Assembly (NCBI GenBank): GCA_044376115.1
Contig: JBILLK010000005.1
Coordinates: forward strand, 224,001-288,000
Origin: Polyangiaceae bacterium
Lineage (GTDB): Bacteria; Myxococcota_A; Polyangia; Polyangiales; Polyangiaceae
Reading direction: 5' to 3'
DNA: 64,000 nt
Every line of letters starts with the position of its first letter. Within the stretch, counting starts at the first letter, position 1. The notes beneath the pieces were generated by a model that was not told where the DNA came from, did not search any database, and saw only the letters and a list, made by a program, of their open reading frames with translations. The position numbers and the translations under genes are program-made. Shown here one piece after another: positions 18,680-28,138 of the stretch.

Positions 18680-19798
18680 CTACGCGCGAATCAAGGACGC
18701 GCCGTCCCCTTGTTGCGCGGCCTTTACGAGCTGATGCTCGCGAACCCAGCTCGCTTGGTACTCGCGAACGATGACCTGGTTCTTGACGTTGCTCTCATTC
18801 TTCTCGACTCGGCCGAGCTCCTCCATCTGTCGACGAAGCTCGTCCAACTTGTCGAGCAAAACTGCGAGTTGCTGCAAGTTCACGCTTGTTCGATCTTTGC
18901 CTGCGAAACCGTCCCGATACTCCTGAAACAGCTCATTCGCTGCCCCACCAAGTACGCCCATGATTTCAGCCAAGGGCACGGACTTGCGCACGCTGCGGAT
19001 CTCAACGAGCTCCTGCTCATACGCCTTGATCCGCCCGTCAACGATGCCAATGTTCCCGTCGTTGGAGGCCGACTTTAGGCCCTTGCTCTTCAGGTCAAAC
19101 ATTGCGGTGCGGTAGCGCTTGAGGTTCTCCACAAGCCGAACCAAAAGCTGCGGGCGACGCGAAACCCGGGACTGCCCAGCAAAGAATGTTTGGTAAAGCG
19201 CGAACTGTTGATTGGCCAGGAAGGCCCAGCGATTCGCCTGCTCCTCTGTGGTCCCGGTCAGTTGGGCTTTGGGGATCTCGCGCTCTTCGATCTGGTAGCG
19301 GGAGATGCTGCTTTCAACGAGCTCAAGGTCCTTGTCGAGCGGGGAGGGCAGATTCTTCCCGCCGATCGCGCTCATGCGCTTCTTGATCTGGCGAAGTTCC
19401 TCAACAAGCTCCTTGAGCAGACCAAGATCGCGCGTGTCCCGACCTTGTCCCGCGAAGTAGCGATTGTAGCGGTCAAAAACGAAGTTCGCGGCTGCGCCCT
19501 CCGCGCTGAACTTCTCAAAGTTGGGACCAAGCGCCCGGGCGGCGCGCACCAGCACGAGCTCACGCTCATAGAGCGACTTGCGGTCCGTTAGCGACCGCAA
19601 GACCACCGGAGCTTGATCACCCCCGGTGAGCGCGCCGATTTTGGCGAGTTCAGCCATGAGGCCGTCAACCTGCTTGAGGAACTGCTCCAACCCTTCGGGA
19701 TTGACTGAGTGCCTATCTTTGCCCGAATAGCCTTCTTCGTAGGCCTTATCCAAGGCTAGGGCGTTGGTTTCAATCTCCTCGAGCGTCATATCAGCCAT
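18680..19798 (-). CDS. Hypothetical all-helical protein with four ~90-aa internal repeats
   Basis: Repeated Y-xxx-(F/Y)-(A/S)G(Q/K)-x-R-x-(S/T) motif; ATG at 19798. Confidence 0.8.
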   Translation of the reverse strand: MADMTLEEIETNALALDKAYEEGYSGKDRHSVNPEGLEQFLKQVDGLMAELAKIGALTGGDQAPVVLRSLTDRKSLYERELVLVRAARALGPNFEKFSAEGAAANFVFDRYNRYFAGQGRDTRDLGLLKELVEELRQIKKRMSAIGGKNLPSPLDKDLELVESSISRYQIEEREIPKAQLTGTTEEQANRWAFLANQQFALYQTFFAGQSRVSRRPQLLVRLVENLKRYRTAMFDLKSKGLKSASNDGNIGIVDGRIKAYEQELVEIRSVRKSVPLAEIMGVLGGAANELFQEYRDGFAGKDRTSVNLQQLAVLLDKLDELRRQMEELGRVEKNESNVKNQVIVREYQASWVREHQLVKAAQQGDGASLIRA

Positions 19799-19885
19799 GG
19801 GGGCCCATCTAACGCGTCCCCGGTCCGCCTGCCAGGGGCTCCCTACTTTTTTCAACCAAAGATGGGCGCTACGAACAGATTTGCG

Positions 19886-21001
19886 TCAGTTGGGCCGTGG
19901 GCCTTGCAGGAGCGCAGACAGCGCGTTCTCGTCGCAGCCGTACTTGGCGCTGACGGCGCTTCCAAGCGTTACCGTGCGAACGCCATCGCGCGCCATCTGG
20001 CGGAGGCTGTGCTCCAGCGCATCGGGGCGCATGTAGTCATGGATCAGTACCACCCCACCCTGTCTCGTTCCCTTGGCAAGATTCTCGGTAAGGAACCCAA
20101 AGTCACTACGCTTCTCGGGGACGGTGTCACCTGAGGCTGAGTGCCACATTACGTTCATCATCTTGAGTCTAGCTAATGCTCTATCGTAGAGCGCGATTCC
20201 AGCCGAGCCATCGTGCTCGACGTAAGGGCCGCCACCCGGTGGACGGGAGTAGATAACGCGATAGGGGCGACTCCCCGCAGAGTAGCCTGCCTGTACCAAT
20301 TCGCTTGCGTGTCGACTTCGATAGGTTTCCCAATGCTTCCGAAGCGTGCTCCCTGAAAGCCAAGTTGAGGGCGAGCTGTCGAAAACTCGAGTGAAGCGTA
20401 GGTCAAAGTCATCGGGCGAAACAGCGAGTAGCGCGATGTCGATGAGGATCGCCGTGACTTCGTGCTGGGCCACGATGTCTTCGATCGTCGCCTCGGGGGT
20501 CGCGACGTTCGTCATGTGAACATTGTGGCTGTAGGAGTGAGAGCCAAGTGCGTGACCCTCCGCAACCATTTGTTGAACCATAGAGTAGGTATCCCGAGAG
20601 ATGTTTCGGCCAACCAAGAAGAACGTGGCTTTCCTACCGTGCCGCGCCAGCAGTTTAAGTACCGAGGGCGTTGCCGTGGGATGCGGCCCATCGTCGAAGG
20701 TGAGAGCGACCTCTCCTTTGGGGCCGGCGTCGGTTCGATAGAGCCCGTAGAATCCGCGCTCGCTTCGCGCGTCCGTGCAGGTGGAGGGAGCGGTTAGCAA
20801 CGGTGGACTGGGCGTGTCCTGGAACGAAGCCGTTTCGTAGATCGTCGGCGGAGCTGTTGAGAACACCGGCCGCTGCGGGGCGTCGACAGGGCGAACCTCG
20901 AGCAATGGTCGGCCGAGCGAATGACCGCGGTCCGCGGGTGAGTGCCCGACGCATCCACAGACGGCAATCAAGAATCCCCAGACGGCGAAGAGCTTGTTCA
21001 C
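19886..21001 (-). CDS. Polysaccharide deacetylase (CE4/NodB), probable lipoprotein
   Basis: LTFDDGP, ATFFLVG, HSYSH, RPPGG, LIHD; hydrophobic N-terminus with VCGC; start 21001 (GTG) or 21052. Confidence 0.87.
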   Translation of the reverse strand: MNKLFAVWGFLIAVCGCVGHSPADRGHSLGRPLLEVRPVDAPQRPVFSTAPPTIYETASFQDTPSPPLLTAPSTCTDARSERGFYGLYRTDAGPKGEVALTFDDGPHPTATPSVLKLLARHGRKATFFLVGRNISRDTYSMVQQMVAEGHALGSHSYSHNVHMTNVATPEATIEDIVAQHEVTAILIDIALLAVSPDDFDLRFTRVFDSSPSTWLSGSTLRKHWETYRSRHASELVQAGYSAGSRPYRVIYSRPPGGGPYVEHDGSAGIALYDRALARLKMMNVMWHSASGDTVPEKRSDFGFLTENLAKGTRQGGVVLIHDYMRPDALEHSLRQMARDGVRTVTLGSAVSAKYGCDENALSALLQGPRPN

Positions 21002-21116
21002 GCCCCCCCTACCAGAAAGCGTGACGCCACTTCGCCTTCTGTATCGTCGCATGACGGGAGGTCACGCCTGTCACGGTTTGGCGTAGAGAGGGACGGAGTT
21101 CCGCGCAGCCACGCCC

Positions 21117-21776
21117 ATGCACCTCGAAACAGAAAGCGACAGCCAGCTACTAGCTCGTATCTCGCGGCAAGCTACGGAGCCAACGGCTGCGCGAACTGCA
21201 CAGTCGGTGTTCTATTCGCGTCATGTGCGGTTCCTTTACGGCTTGTTGTTGCGCCGCAAGACCGACTTGTTGTCGCTAGCCGGACTCTCTGCAGAGGATT
21301 TGGTGCAGGAGACCTTCCATCGAGCTTTTGAACGGGCCCACACCTTCCAAGCCGCCGAGGACCTCGACGCCGCGCGAGCTCTTGCAAGGACGAGGGCCTG
21401 GTTATCACGCGTGGCAACGAACCTGCTTGCCGACCAATTGCATAGACTGAGAGAAATCTCGGCGACTCCGTACTTGGAGCGAGTCTCGTGCGACGCGATC
21501 GATGAACAAGCTCCATCGTCCCGCCCGTCGCGCGTCGATCTCGTTGCACAGGGGCTCGAAGAACTCACTGAGCGTGAGCAAGATGTGCTTCGTGTATCGG
21601 CCCTGTACTTCAAAGCAGGTGAGGAACACAACCGACTCCCCAATGCAGTATCTGCCGACCTTGCTCAGCGCTGGCAGACCACCAATGAAAATATTCGCGC
21701 GGTTCGGGCACGTGCCATGAAGAAGCTAAAAGCCTTTCTAACCGCAAAGGGATTGGGCACGGAGGAGGTTTCGTGA
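21117..21776 (+). CDS. ECF-type RNA polymerase sigma-70 factor
   Basis: AEDLVQETFHRAF (region 2.2), WLSRVATNLLAD, LTEREQDVL and C-terminal HTH (region 4). Confidence 0.87.
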   Translation: MHLETESDSQLLARISRQATEPTAARTAQSVFYSRHVRFLYGLLLRRKTDLLSLAGLSAEDLVQETFHRAFERAHTFQAAEDLDAARALARTRAWLSRVATNLLADQLHRLREISATPYLERVSCDAIDEQAPSSRPSRVDLVAQGLEELTEREQDVLRVSALYFKAGEEHNRLPNAVSADLAQRWQTTNENIRAVRARAMKKLKAFLTAKGLGTEEVS

Positions 21777-22897
21777 AGGACAACGATTTGCCTGAGGCGT
21801 CCGAAAACTTGGAGGCGCTGGTTGCGCAGGCGCTTGTCCGCCGAGGCGAGCTGATGCCGACGACGAGCGAGGAGGTAGCGCAACTCGAGCAGGGCGGTAT
21901 CGCTTTCGAGGGCGAACTCCCGCTCGCGCTGCGCGAATACAATCCGACAACGAAACAACCTTCGTCGCGGGCCGCGGGCCGCCTTCCACAAGCGAGCCCG
22001 CGAAGGGCGTGGGGGGCCATGGCTGCTACTTTTGTTGCAGGTGCGGCGGTAGCCGCAACGGCGCTGCTCCTGCTCCGTCCGCGGCCGCCGGTTCAAGCTT
22101 CGAGTGAGCCTGCGGGCGTGGCTACAACGGCAAGCCCAGCGGCCCCTGACCAAGCTCCAGTACTTGTGATTCCACCGCTCAGTCGTTGCGGTAAAGATTG
22201 CTGCGCTGGGGCCGACTGTGAAACCGCGAAGTCTGACTTAACGAGCTGTCCAACGGGTCGTACTTGTGTTGGCTGCCAGGACTTCTCGGGTCGAGACAGC
22301 GCCTACCGCTTGCGCCTCGGAAACTTCCGCTCCAGCGACTCGGTCGACCCGAAGTCGCTTGAGGCGCTTGATGTGTGCGTGCGTACCGGTGGTTCACCTT
22401 GGTCGTGCGAACCGGCATACCAGGACGCGGTGGCGCGACCCATGGGACGGCTACTAACAACGATATCGCGCGCGGAGGACTTGATCTCTTCGGTCGAGAT
22501 TGAGCTCCGCTTGAGAGGTGCGAGCAAAGCCTATGGGGCTTGGCGTTCCGGCATCAAGTTGGGGCCCAATGTGATGTGCAAAGGGCTTGGGGTGGTACTC
22601 GAAGACGATAGCGGGCGTGATCTCGGCGGGCTCTCAGTCTTTCTGGAAGACGTCTTTTATGTGGAATTGGCTAGGGCAGCGAGCGCCGAAGAGCTGTTGC
22701 AGAAAAAACGCTCGATCCAATTCGCTGACCTCGAGGCAACCGTAATCGCAACGACAGCGAACGATGAGCAACGCTACGTTCTAGCGCTTGGGCCGTTTGA
22801 TCGCGAACTGGCCGAGCGGGTCCAGTTGGAGATGGCTGCGAATTCGCTAGGAGCTAGCGTAACCCTGGGGGCGGACTACCGACTGGGGCGGCTGTAG
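21773..22897 (+). CDS. Putative single-pass anti-sigma factor with Cys-rich periplasmic region and SPOR-like C-terminus
   Basis: GTGA overlap with sigma gene; TM FVAGAAVAATALLLL; Cys cluster CGKDCCAGADC..CPTGRTCVGC; C-terminal RYVLALGPF..AERV. Confidence 0.65.
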   Translation: MKDNDLPEASENLEALVAQALVRRGELMPTTSEEVAQLEQGGIAFEGELPLALREYNPTTKQPSSRAAGRLPQASPRRAWGAMAATFVAGAAVAATALLLLRPRPPVQASSEPAGVATTASPAAPDQAPVLVIPPLSRCGKDCCAGADCETAKSDLTSCPTGRTCVGCQDFSGRDSAYRLRLGNFRSSDSVDPKSLEALDVCVRTGGSPWSCEPAYQDAVARPMGRLLTTISRAEDLISSVEIELRLRGASKAYGAWRSGIKLGPNVMCKGLGVVLEDDSGRDLGGLSVFLEDVFYVELARAASAEELLQKKRSIQFADLEATVIATTANDEQRYVLALGPFDRELAERVQLEMAANSLGASVTLGADYRLGRL

Positions 22898-22898
22898 C

Positions 22899-25301
22899 TC
22901 ATTGCCCAACTGGCCTTTCGAACGCAGAAACTACGATGGGATTGGTAAAGGCGAAGGGCATCACTCCGCGACGAAACGCGATCTCTACTTCTTTGGAACC
23001 GCTTGCGACGGCAATGAGTGAGTCCCCCGCTGCGACCTCTACCTCCGCTTCCAATTCAGCTCTGTGGGCGCCCTTTGGGAACGGCGCATTCGACGTGGCG
23101 ACCACCTTTCCTGAATTGACCAACTCCAAAAGCGAGACGTCTACGTAGGGCGCTGCGTCTACCTGAATTCTTACCCGATGCTTGCCTGGGGGAACGCGCT
23201 GGCCTGGGCCTTTCCCGTCGATCTCGAAGCGGATGAAAGGTCCGCTCGTAACAGTGACGGCGCGTGCATGGAGCGACTCGATGAATTCCCGCTCGACGAA
23301 GGCTTTGGGCGCGTCGTCATTCATCCGAACATAGGTGCGCGGAAGCCCAGGCTCATGGAAAACGGCTCGATGCGAGTCGCTGTTACCCGTGGCGGTGAGC
23401 GGGATTCCCGCCCGCTCCAGCGCAATCCAGTCCTTCATCACGCTTTGAACGTTACCGATGGCCGAGAGGTCATCACCGTTGAAAACCTCGATGGTGTCAA
23501 AATTAAGTGGTAAGGCTGGGTTGCGCCTTCGAAACCCAACGACGTCCTCGCGGTCGAAGCGGGCCATATCAAAGTAGCCGATGTCCCCCATCCTTGGATG
23601 GTTAATCTGCGCAATGGTCAGCGGACCATAGGGCTGCTGCTGCTTCGCCTCGATGAGTAGCTCCAGCGGATTGGTATGCTTGTACCTGAGCGGTGCAGCC
23701 GTTGGGAGCAGCGGGAAAACGTTGAAGTGGCCAAAGAGCGAGTCCTCGGTGGTGACCTCCACCCCGATGATGGTGTTTACTTCTGATTCGAGGCCAAGGG
23801 CTTCGATCGCGGGCTTGTAGTCTGTAACGCGATTGTGATCAGTCGCAACGCCCACCTCAACCCCCGCTGCTGCAAGCGAGATGACTCGGTCTTCGAGTGT
23901 TTGGGGTGCGTCGGGACTGGGGGCCGCATGCAGATGAAGATCGGAGGAAATCCATCCGACTGTGTCGACGACGCGTTCAAGTTCTGCGGATACGTGGGAA
24001 CGCTGATTGGCGACTACCGTAATCGTCCTGTCGACGGCGGTGTACTCGATACCGCGGTCGACGATGACGCGATATTCTCCAGGCGGGAGCTTGTGGCTGG
24101 CAACGCCAGTAGGCGCATAGGCGACGTTTAGTGCCGCGCCGTTGTCTGGGTCCTCGCCCCAATCAGGATCCTTGGTAGTTCCCAGCCCCCGAAACTGGAC
24201 CCGCACAGGGATGGGCTTCCCTCTTTCGGTTGCAACCACGGAGACCCGCCCCGATGGGAGTAATGTCGCCTTGCTTACCTCTTCAAAGCTCGTCCACGTC
24301 CCCTCGGGACTTCCCGGCGCCCAAAGTTTACCCTCATAACATCCGACTGGCGCTTCAAGCTTTTCTCCTCGAGCGAAGCGAGCAAAGGGTTTGCGCGGCT
24401 CTGACTCCGTTGCACAGGATGCCACTTCAACCGTTCCACCTGGGGGGAGCTTGGGAGGCTCCGCAACTTGAAAGCTGTTCGGCTGGTACAGCTTAGCGGC
24501 TGTGTTTCCTATCGAGCCGCTGCTCGTTGCAAGAAAGAGCGTGCGTCTGAAGCCTGACGAGCTCGAGGCGAAGGTGAGCTCACTGCCTCGCGCTTGGCCA
24601 AAGTACCCAGGGAGGAAAGGATGGCCAACCCGGACCATACTTGCTTCGTCGCCGAAGGAGACGACGTAGGAAAGCTCTTTCCCTTGGCGTCCGAGAAACT
24701 TGGTAGAGAATGTTCCCCCGCTATTGCGTAGAAAGCCACGACCTTCCAACCAGGTAGGCGCGTTTCCCCAGCCAAGCCGCTCGCCAAGGCCGATCGCCAT
24801 ACCCTCCGCCGCCGTTGAGTCCGGGGTTACTAAGGAATCAATGACCAATACCTGATTGCGGAAGGTGTAATACGTATGGAGCGTGACTGGTAGGTAGGCT
24901 GGCCGCTGCTCGACGTGCAAAATCCCGGGGTGCGCGGGCGGTGAAGATATTGCAATTAGCGCCGTACGAATGGGGGAGGGGCCATCAAAGAGAGAAGGCG
25001 TGATCGCAACGATCTCGTCGAAGCCCCCCTCGGGAGCAAAGTCCAAGAGGGCGCCCGATTCGGCGGATACAACTGCGATGACGCCATCACTGGCGAGGAC
25101 GAAGTCACCCCCTTTTGCCTCGACCTGCGGCCCGCGAAGCGCTAGCGCGGCTCGATCTTGTAGTCTCGAGACCTGTGCCTGCCCCTCCGGCGGTGCAGGA
25201 TCCTTCGGTTGGTTCGCCTTGGGGCTGGTGGTGGGCGACGCGCAGGCAACAGTCAAGAGAGCACTCGCTGCCCATACAGGAGATCTGAACCGGCTCATCA
25301 C
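22899..25301 (-). CDS. CehA/McbA-family PHP-fold metallohydrolase lipoprotein
   Basis: Lipobox TVAC; SSDLHLHA, ATDHN, GVEVT, GHFNVFP, INHP, IEVFNG, GNSDSH. Confidence 0.87.
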   Translation of the reverse strand: MMSRFRSPVWAASALLTVACASPTTSPKANQPKDPAPPEGQAQVSRLQDRAALALRGPQVEAKGGDFVLASDGVIAVVSAESGALLDFAPEGGFDEIVAITPSLFDGPSPIRTALIAISSPPAHPGILHVEQRPAYLPVTLHTYYTFRNQVLVIDSLVTPDSTAAEGMAIGLGERLGWGNAPTWLEGRGFLRNSGGTFSTKFLGRQGKELSYVVSFGDEASMVRVGHPFLPGYFGQARGSELTFASSSSGFRRTLFLATSSGSIGNTAAKLYQPNSFQVAEPPKLPPGGTVEVASCATESEPRKPFARFARGEKLEAPVGCYEGKLWAPGSPEGTWTSFEEVSKATLLPSGRVSVVATERGKPIPVRVQFRGLGTTKDPDWGEDPDNGAALNVAYAPTGVASHKLPPGEYRVIVDRGIEYTAVDRTITVVANQRSHVSAELERVVDTVGWISSDLHLHAAPSPDAPQTLEDRVISLAAAGVEVGVATDHNRVTDYKPAIEALGLESEVNTIIGVEVTTEDSLFGHFNVFPLLPTAAPLRYKHTNPLELLIEAKQQQPYGPLTIAQINHPRMGDIGYFDMARFDREDVVGFRRRNPALPLNFDTIEVFNGDDLSAIGNVQSVMKDWIALERAGIPLTATGNSDSHRAVFHEPGLPRTYVRMNDDAPKAFVEREFIESLHARAVTVTSGPFIRFEIDGKGPGQRVPPGKHRVRIQVDAAPYVDVSLLELVNSGKVVATSNAPFPKGAHRAELEAEVEVAAGDSLIAVASGSKEVEIAFRRGVMPFAFTNPIVVSAFERPVGQ

Positions 25302-26896
25302 GACTGAGCACGATCGAGGAGCGCCAGCATGGGCGCGAGCTGGCCTGGCGGAGTCAGCTCAAGTTGTTGTTTCCATCGTCGCTCTATCAGCCGCCAGCCG
25401 AGCTCAGTCAAACCTTCCGAGCGAAGCAGTTCTCGGCGATCTTCCCCACGCCAAAGCCGACCGCAGATCTGGGCGAAGCGCTCAAAGGTGACCCCGTCGA
25501 TCTTGAGCTGAGTTCCGCTCTCGACGTCAGCGGCGGCAAATGCACTTGGCATCGTCCTAGGGAACTGTAGTGGGCTAACGGCTTGGTCTGGCGCGATAGC
25601 CGCTTTGGGGGCTGGGCTCGGCGCAAGGTATGTGACGGCGGGATAGGGTGGGGGAGCCTGCAGGGGGGGCTGTTGAGCAGGCTCGGGCATGGGGCCAGGC
25701 GGGAGGGTATCGGCGATCGGGGGAAGCGTGTCGGAGACCGCGGGCACGGAGGCGGGATACTGGCCGCTAACCGCAGGAACCGGCAGACCCTCGGGGGCTC
25801 GAGTAAACGGTAAGGGGTTTGGCGCTATTGGGTCTGGCAAAGCGCTCGGCGCATTCGACTGCGTAAACGGTAGTGCGTTATGGGGCACGCCCCCCAACAC
25901 CGTTCGGCTTGGCTTTCGATTGAACGGTAAGGCGTTATCGCCGAGTAGAGGGTTAGGGGAGAGTCTAGTGACCTCCGCATGCTCTTCGAGACGTCTTAAT
26001 TTTGGCAGGGTTGCGTCGTCTTGGTCTGAGTCCACCGGCGCCTCGTGGGAATCGAACGGCCCTTGCGCAAGTGCTGTAGAAAGTGGGCCCGCAGCAAAGG
26101 TGTCTTCGTGGTAGGGCGATGGTCCAACGGGTTGTCGATCGATGGTCTCATCATCGGCTACCGAACGAGATACCCGCTTTGGCGGAGGAACGGACGGTGT
26201 GCCAGCCGGAAACGAGGCTGTGTAACGTGGCCAACCTGTTCGCGCCTCGGTGAAGGGGACGGCTTGGAACGGCTGCGAGTCTACGACAGCTATGACATGC
26301 TGTTCGATGTCTCCGACGTAGTGAAATTGACCGCGCATGACCAGCTCGGCCGTATCTCGCATAGGGTCGAGCAAGATCCCATCGAGCTGCAGCTGGACTT
26401 CACTTGGGGAATGCCAGTCATTGCGTATCACCAAAGCAGCCGACAAAACAGGTCCACTAAGGGTCAGCTGTGCATGAAACCCGTGACCCATAACTTCAAG
26501 CCGTAAGGGGTACTCTGGTCTAGTAAGTTGCTGATTGGGCCTTGCGAAGGAGCCCTTGCGTCCCGCAACAGGCTCTTCAACAGGGCCTAGCTGCCTTGTT
26601 GTTTCAACGTGATGGGCAAACGGTCCGACGCGCAATCGGATTGGCCCTGAGACTGCGAGCGTTGCGCCAGCGATGATGACGTCGCAGGAAGACTTCGTCT
26701 CTTGGTAGTCAGTCGGAAATGTGAGGTTCGAGTGCTGATCGTAGACTGCTGCGCGAAGCGGCGCTTGCGTTGCTGCCCAGCGGGCGGGGCCCGCGGATAG
26801 GGCAAATGACGCCTTGGTTACCAAGGTATAGTATCCGATCCTCTGGGTGGACCTAACGACACCCACGGGAAAGGGCAGCCTCCGAGCGACGAGCAC
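25298..26896 (-). CDS. Divergent DUF2169-like protein with Pro-rich linker and C-terminal helical domain
   Basis: TLVTKASFAL, PTDYQETKSSCDVIIAG, LQLDGILLD...LVMRG; C-terminal FERFAQI...GLTELGWRLIERRW. Confidence 0.65.
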   Translation of the reverse strand: MLVARRLPFPVGVVRSTQRIGYYTLVTKASFALSAGPARWAATQAPLRAAVYDQHSNLTFPTDYQETKSSCDVIIAGATLAVSGPIRLRVGPFAHHVETTRQLGPVEEPVAGRKGSFARPNQQLTRPEYPLRLEVMGHGFHAQLTLSGPVLSAALVIRNDWHSPSEVQLQLDGILLDPMRDTAELVMRGQFHYVGDIEQHVIAVVDSQPFQAVPFTEARTGWPRYTASFPAGTPSVPPPKRVSRSVADDETIDRQPVGPSPYHEDTFAAGPLSTALAQGPFDSHEAPVDSDQDDATLPKLRRLEEHAEVTRLSPNPLLGDNALPFNRKPSRTVLGGVPHNALPFTQSNAPSALPDPIAPNPLPFTRAPEGLPVPAVSGQYPASVPAVSDTLPPIADTLPPGPMPEPAQQPPLQAPPPYPAVTYLAPSPAPKAAIAPDQAVSPLQFPRTMPSAFAAADVESGTQLKIDGVTFERFAQICGRLWRGEDRRELLRSEGLTELGWRLIERRWKQQLELTPPGQLAPMLALLDRAQS

Positions 26897-27068
26897 TGTG
26901 ACGAAGGTAGCAGGAGGTGAGGCCTCCAGCGAGAACTCCGTAGCTCGCGCGCGTGGTAAGTGGTGCGAGCGCCAATACCGCTTCGACCTTTCCTTTGATG
27001 CGGCCGAGCTGGCGGCGGCCTTGAGCTCGCGCTCAGGCTAGCTGAGCGGCTCGCCGTTTCAGTATTTC

Positions 27069-28127
27069 TCAGAAGCAGCGCGAAGCAGTTCCCTCGATCT
27101 GGCCATCTATCGGGCCGCCTGAGACAATGACCCGTACTTGTGTGTCGTCCAGTGCGACCACCTCTACGGTACCATCGTTGAAGCCTGCTCCACCGCCGCC
27201 CCAGCAGGTGCCGTCCCCGTTGGGACCATACTCGCTCGTTGACACGGATACTGCATTATCTCCAATGGCGTATAGCCCAGGACTCTGTTCGGAGGGGTCG
27301 AGCCCAACAATGACCACGCGCCTCTCGAACTCGCAACCCTCATCGAGCGCGTAAGGGTCTGCGCAGGAGAGATCTCGAGGCGGGGCGCTCGCGTCGAGGA
27401 ACACAAACAGCGTGCCGTCGAAGGCGGGTTGGTCAGCGCCTCCGCCAACTCCGCTCCCGGTTCCGCCTCCCGGACCATAGACGTTGCTCAGCTGTTCGTC
27501 GCTCATCGCGATGGCGCGCGCGGTTTGCGGAGTGGCCTGGTTACAGCGCGTTAGCGTGCGCTCCCCGTCCACATCAGCTGCAAACGTGCTCGCGTCGCTG
27601 AGGCGAATACGAAGAGTTGTTTCGCCAACCTCTAGCACCTCGAGTGTGCCCTCGAGGGTGCCGCCGCCCCCCGAGCATTCAGCGTCTCCAACTCCCTCCG
27701 TTTCCGAAAAGAACGGGCCCATTCCGACCTGTTGCAGCTCTGTGAGCGGCACGACCGCGCCCGCGAACTGATACTCTGCAGGCAACGGAATGCTTACCTG
27801 CCAAGCCAGTTCAACCTCGCAATAGGGTAGGGTCCCAAACGGGTCGCTACAAACGCTCGGCTCACTTGAGAACGAAAGTAGAAGGGTATCGGCAGGCGCC
27901 GGAACAGCGTCCGGTCCAAGCGCACTCCACGCTACCGCGATGCCCTCGGCGTACCCAGCTCCCCCGCCGGTGTTGCCGCCGCCGGTGTTGCCGCCGCCGG
28001 TGTTGCTTCCGCCGGTGTTACCGCCGCCCGTGTTACCGCCGCCGGTATTGCCTGAAATGACGGACGCATTGCAGGCGACCGAGAGTAGGGAAGCGGCAAC
28101 CAGGAGCAGTGAGCTTTTCTGAAGCAT
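27069..28127 (-). CDS. Hypothetical lipoprotein with (GNTGG)6-like linker and two tandem Cys-bridged domains
   Basis: Lipobox SVAC; duplicated C-x-DP...C-E...C-x-GGGG...GT(L/V)EV...RC unit. Confidence 0.8.
   Translation of the reverse strand: MLQKSSLLLVAASLLSVACNASVISGNTGGGNTGGGNTGGSNTGGGNTGGGNTGGGAGYAEGIAVAWSALGPDAVPAPADTLLLSFSSEPSVCSDPFGTLPYCEVELAWQVSIPLPAEYQFAGAVVPLTELQQVGMGPFFSETEGVGDAECSGGGGTLEGTLEVLEVGETTLRIRLSDASTFAADVDGERTLTRCNQATPQTARAIAMSDEQLSNVYGPGGGTGSGVGGGADQPAFDGTLFVFLDASAPPRDLSCADPYALDEGCEFERRVVIVGLDPSEQSPGLYAIGDNAVSVSTSEYGPNGDGTCWGGGGAGFNDGTVEVVALDDTQVRVIVSGGPIDGQIEGTASRCF
27961..28053 (-). repeat. 15-bp tandem repeat, about 6 copies, encoding GNTGG
   Basis: Plus-strand unit ccgccggtgttgccg repeated with a few substitutions, mostly synonymous, one giving G-to-S. 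Confidence 0.85.
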
Positions 28128-28138
28128 GTGCACCCTTC

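Noticed and set aside
26897..27068. Intergenic GC-rich hairpins as an ncRNA
   Set aside because: Only short stems (e.g. GCTCAG/CTGAGC), compatible with a weak terminator or chance.
27961..28053. Tandem repeat as a possible CRISPR or contingency locus
   Set aside because: In-frame 15-bp coding repeat with no spacers; a Gly-rich linker of a kind common in myxobacterial lipoproteins.
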